A stretch of 64,000 nt of DNA from a virus: IMG/VR virus record IMGVR_UViG_3300005613_000030, positions 22,608 through 86,607 of that record; one strand, given 5' to 3'. The translations under genes were made by a program, and so were the position numbers. Below, in pieces: positions 60,691 to 64,000 of this stretch (position 1 is the stretch's first letter; each line of letters begins with the position of its first letter). A model generated the notes under the pieces. It ran no database searches. It saw only the letters and a list, made by a program, of their open reading frames with translations, and was not told where the DNA came from.

Positions 60691-61155
60691 TTATTTCCAA
60701 ATAGGGCGTAAGTTAGTGTAATGACATATTTTATTGAATTGTTCTTGTGTGGTTAATTCTAGATTAGATAAAGAAATGCAATAATCTATATACCATTGAC
60801 CGTGATTACTCCAAGTCATTGGTTCATGTGTTGTCGGATGGGGAAAAAATTGATCTGATAACGAACTCTTAAGTTGAATTATATCATAATCAAGGTTTTT
60901 TAATAAAACTTTAAGTTTATTATCATTATTAATGGATTTGTTGAGTTGACTTCTAAAGCGTTTAATTTGCTTGATATGAGCATCAGCCTGTCTATGTTGC
61001 CAATGTACCTTGTTGCGGTCACGTGTACTCTCTAAGTTGCCAAATCGCTTTAAAGAGGCGCATGATCGACATAGCCCATCTATATTGGCTTTAGTTTTAT
61101 GTCCACGGCAATCACCGCAATTAGAACAGAATGCTTTATATTTTTTCGTTGTCAT
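60691..61155 (-). CDS. Degenerate member of the HNH cassette family
   Basis: WYIDY replaces WHIDH; truncated at LRPIWK*. Confidence 0.7.
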   Translation of the reverse strand: MTTKKYKAFCSNCGDCRGHKTKANIDGLCRSCASLKRFGNLESTRDRNKVHWQHRQADAHIKQIKRFRSQLNKSINNDNKLKVLLKNLDYDIIQLKSSLSDQFFPHPTTHEPMTWSNHGQWYIDYCISLSNLELTTQEQFNKICHYTNLRPIWK

Positions 61156-62053
61156 TAATCAATTCTACTAATTGATTATCTGTTAAGGTTTCTAAGGTCT
61201 TAGCTAATTCAGGATTAGAATCATATGCGTGACTTCGAAGCAGTGTCAAAAAGTCGCCTAATTCTAGGCCAGACTTTTGAACTACTTCTTTTAATTGCTT
61301 GATATATTGATTCATTGCTTTAGCATTTTTAAATTCTTTAGTTACCATTTCACCAGTCTCTGGGTGTTTATGGGTATATTTAACTGGATTAGCTGCAGAT
61401 TTTCTTTTCATGTTGTTAGCTTCTTTTTGTGCAGCGCTTGGACCAGAACCGCCATATTTCTTAGTACGATTCATTGATTGAATTCCAGTGTTTTTATCAG
61501 TAATTATATTCTTGGCTTTTCTTTTGACATTATCTGCTGTTGTATAGCCTTTATAATTAGATTTTTCTATATCATCTGATTTCTTCATTTTTTTACGCTT
61601 ATTCCAATCTGCTAGCTTTTTACTATCTACAGTATGACGTCCACGATTTAATTTCTCTGGCACTGCTCTTGTATTAGACGCTGCATATCCTTTATTATTA
61701 TCTTTACGATCAGGGGATAACTTTTCGCCTGTTTTTTTCTCAGCAGATTGTATTTGCTTAACTATAGATTTTCTAGTTCCACGCCCAGATGACTTATGCG
61801 ACGACGTAGGTGTATCACCATTTTGGCGACGCAGTGCATCGTCGGCCTTTGTCTGAGCTCGCTGCCAATGACCTGGAGTTTTTTTAGCTGTCTTTAATTT
61901 CTTCAAACAGGCTGAACATCGACCAGATGGATTACTAGAATTAGCGCTTGACTTACCACACCTAGGACATGCTTTTTCTAGAGGCTCAATAGCCTTAACA
62001 TCTTCAAGTAATTCTTCTAATATTTCTAGAGATTTATTAAGATCATTTTTCAT
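61136..62053 (-). CDS. Basic putative capsid-internal polyprotein with Zn-finger/HNH-like module
   Basis: LNKS, LEKA, MKKS, IEKS and VQKS sites; CPRC...CSAC; LSPDRKDNNKGY...N. Confidence 0.5.
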   Translation of the reverse strand: MKNDLNKSLEILEELLEDVKAIEPLEKACPRCGKSSANSSNPSGRCSACLKKLKTAKKTPGHWQRAQTKADDALRRQNGDTPTSSHKSSGRGTRKSIVKQIQSAEKKTGEKLSPDRKDNNKGYAASNTRAVPEKLNRGRHTVDSKKLADWNKRKKMKKSDDIEKSNYKGYTTADNVKRKAKNIITDKNTGIQSMNRTKKYGGSGPSAAQKEANNMKRKSAANPVKYTHKHPETGEMVTKEFKNAKAMNQYIKQLKEVVQKSGLELGDFLTLLRSHAYDSNPELAKTLETLTDNQLVELINDNEKI

Positions 62054-62687
62054 ATTTATTGCCTTTCTTTAAATTATCTTTTGCCCATAGTGGCTGTAAG
62101 TTACTATAATGACATGCTTTTTCTAATTCTTTAGGTTTTAATAAATCAAAACTAGCTAATGGCTTGATATGATCAATATGCCATTTGCCATAATTGTCCC
62201 AAGACATGCCTTTTGTAAACTTAGATTCTAGATGTGACATTAACTCTTTAAAAGAACAACCTGTTAATGTCTGTGTATTTTTATGTTTAATTCTACCCTT
62301 AAGAAAATCATACAACCTTGATCTTAAATTATGAGCAATTTTATATAATGGATCTTTGCGTTTTTTAGCATAATACTGATTTTCATAATCTCGATTTTTA
62401 TGTCGCCATTCTTGAACTTGTTTCTTTATTTGCTTTTTATGGGCACTATAGTATTCGCGTCGGTATTGCTTTTGATCCCAATTAGTCGTTCTTTCCCATC
62501 GCTCTCTATAGCAAGTAGAGCATAAACCGCTCTTATTAACTCTACCTGATAAGGTTACGCTGCATTCCTGACATTCATTTACAATTTCAATAGGCTCTTT
62601 ATGACCACCTTCTACTACATGGCGATAATGAGTTCGACACCATCCTCTTGCATATATTTTTTTATTACAGTTATTAACACTGCACAT
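62043..62687 (-). CDS. HNH-like endonuclease (start at 62687)
   Basis: CSVNNC...ARGWCRTHY finger plus the conserved cassette. Confidence 0.85.
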   Translation of the reverse strand: MCSVNNCNKKIYARGWCRTHYRHVVEGGHKEPIEIVNECQECSVTLSGRVNKSGLCSTCYRERWERTTNWDQKQYRREYYSAHKKQIKKQVQEWRHKNRDYENQYYAKKRKDPLYKIAHNLRSRLYDFLKGRIKHKNTQTLTGCSFKELMSHLESKFTKGMSWDNYGKWHIDHIKPLASFDLLKPKELEKACHYSNLQPLWAKDNLKKGNKYEK

Positions 62688-62689
62688 AT

Positions 62690-62851
62690 TTATTCCCACG
62701 ATGCAAAGCTTGTAAGCCATATATTAAACCAATCTACAGCCGCGAACTGTTCATAAAACACTTTAAAACTAGTTACTTGAGTTCCATTTTTATGAAATAT
62801 AGCCCAACGACATGTACCAACTTTCTTCAACTTAAACGGATGTTTATTCAT
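62690..62851 (-). CDS. 53-aa hypothetical protein (not in the ORF track)
   Basis: SD aaggt; MNKHPFKLKKVGTCRWAIF...FASWE*. Confidence 0.5.
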   Translation of the reverse strand: MNKHPFKLKKVGTCRWAIFHKNGTQVTSFKVFYEQFAAVDWFNIWLTSFASWE

Positions 62852-62898
62852 ATGTTACCTTAGTTTTTAACTGATTAAGCAGCTAAGTAATTATTATA

Positions 62899-63096
62899 TC
62901 AGGTTTTCTGCTTATTTTTCTTATCTAACGTAAGATCTAATAAGTGTTTATAAACATTACGATCCACTATGGCTTCGTGTGGTGTGCCAAAGGTAGCAGT
63001 AGTATAACGCAATGCGTCTAAGATATGATTATCATTATCGTTTTCAACTATTCTTAATTTTCGTAATATTTTCCAGAACATGTATTTTGTACGCAT
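62899..63096 (-). CDS. 65-aa protein carrying a terminase nuclease C-terminal motif
   Basis: ENDNDNHILDALRY; SD gagggtg. Confidence 0.55.
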   Translation of the reverse strand: MRTKYMFWKILRKLRIVENDNDNHILDALRYTTATFGTPHEAIVDRNVYKHLLDLTLDKKNKQKT

Positions 63097-63103
63097 ATCA
63101 CCT

Positions 63104-63430
63104 CTATTGCAGTAACGAACCCATTAATATGGTCAAAGTATTCCACAGCACGATACCAGTAAATACTACACATATAAATTGCCACAATATTCGTGAGCTA
63201 TATAAAGATATTATAAATACCCATTTAACTAGCATTAATGATATTAAGGTTTTAAAGCAAAAGAAAATATTAAAACCAAAAATAGTTATTATTTCTCTCA
63301 TAAGAGGATTAACTTCAAATGCCCCAAAATACTTAATAGCAATTACTGTCAATAATGCATCTAACACATTCAATACAGCAAATAAATATATTAATCTGAT
63401 ATTCTGCTCCATATTCATGTCCCTTGACAC
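63104..63430 (-). CDS. DUF5658-like membrane protein
   Basis: LNVLDALLT...GAFEVNPLM; three hydrophobic segments. Confidence 0.7.
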   Translation of the reverse strand: MSRDMNMEQNIRLIYLFAVLNVLDALLTVIAIKYFGAFEVNPLMREIITIFGFNIFFCFKTLISLMLVKWVFIISLYSSRILWQFICVVFTGIVLWNTLTILMGSLLQ

Positions 63431-63636
63431 TGCTTCAGAGTATCAATTAGTGATTGATTCTCTCTTTTAAGCCTATCTGTTTCTCTTTTTAATAATAGAT
63501 ACAACTTGTCTTGCTTATCTAGTTGCTCGTATAATTTCTTAATTGTTTTATTCCGCTCTTTAAGAGCGTTCTCTAATAAAATGATTTTAGTTTTCTCATC
63601 TTCTGAAAAATTACTCATTCTTATTCTCCGCTTCAC
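63415..63636 (-). CDS. Small coiled-coil protein
   Basis: Heptad pattern; SD ggag. Confidence 0.5.
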   Translation of the reverse strand: MKRRIRMSNFSEDEKTKIILLENALKERNKTIKKLYEQLDKQDKLYLLLKRETDRLKRENQSLIDTLKQCQGT

Positions 63637-64000
63637 TAATGTGCCCTAACAATATGAGGTCTTCAAGTGCTTCTATTCTTTAAAACAAGCGTTCAATGAC
63701 TGTGTTTAAATCATCTCCTTTATATCGTCTTGCAAAGCCATTTTTCATATCTACGTACTGCACTTTAATTGGTCGTTTTATTGGCTCATTATTATAATAA
63801 TCTCCGTAATTATTTTATTACTTTATATTGAGCTATACATTCATAGCTAAACGTGAAGCAAAAAGGACTTTGTTCTCTATCAATATCTTTTACTGTGTAA
63901 CCAAAAGTATCTAAGCTAATTATTTCATACTTACTGAAATTATCAGTAAAGATTGTTCCAATGCTCATTTCATTTCGTTTCATATTTACCTCGATATTAC

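Noticed and set aside
62688-62720. ORF-track start of the last HNH gene at 62720
   Set aside because: It overlaps a 53-aa upstream gene. The ATG at 62687 inside the direct repeat is the better start.
1-64000. Stop-codon reassignment
   Set aside because: Long conserved genes are intact in code 11, and TAA, TAG and TGA all end genes at sensible positions.

Overview
A 64 kb segment of a large, AT-rich, virulent-type tailed dsDNA phage that reads cleanly in genetic code 11. The plus arm (1-49.35 kb) carries a replication/recombination block (DEDDh-exonuclease-fused family-C DNA polymerase, gp32-like SSB, UvsY-like, RecA/UvsX, dCMP deaminase, SbcD-like nuclease), a Herelleviridae-type head module (TerS candidate, TerL, portal, prohead protease, scaffold, major capsid), acidic or basic putative capsid-internal proteins, a head-tail adaptor and beta-rich virion accessory proteins. 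The minus arm (49.37-64 kb) carries small early-type genes, nucleotide-metabolism genes and a sigma-region-2-like gene. Main observations: (1) eight related HNH-like endonuclease genes (nine nuclease modules) share a conserved nuclease cassette but have variable Zn-finger N-termini, and sit at start codons or -10 promoters; several are flanked by short direct repeats, as is a GIY-YIG gene. (2) The thymidylate-synthase homolog has the T4 gp42 cytosine-specificity Asp, and the ThyX homolog is catalytically degenerate, pointing to modified cytosine. (3) An L-x-K/(A,S) maturation-cleavage code recurs across many proteins; the protease carries a copy of the capsid N-arm, and a distant protein has a nuclease-like module between predicted cut sites. 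(4) A ~155 nt structured RNA lies upstream of a frameshifted phosphoesterase. (5) Translation starts are unusual: leaderless ATGs, an ATT start and a start-less PQ-loop gene. (6) A 65-aa protein carries the terminase nuclease motif. All product calls come from motif recognition by eye; no database searches were run.
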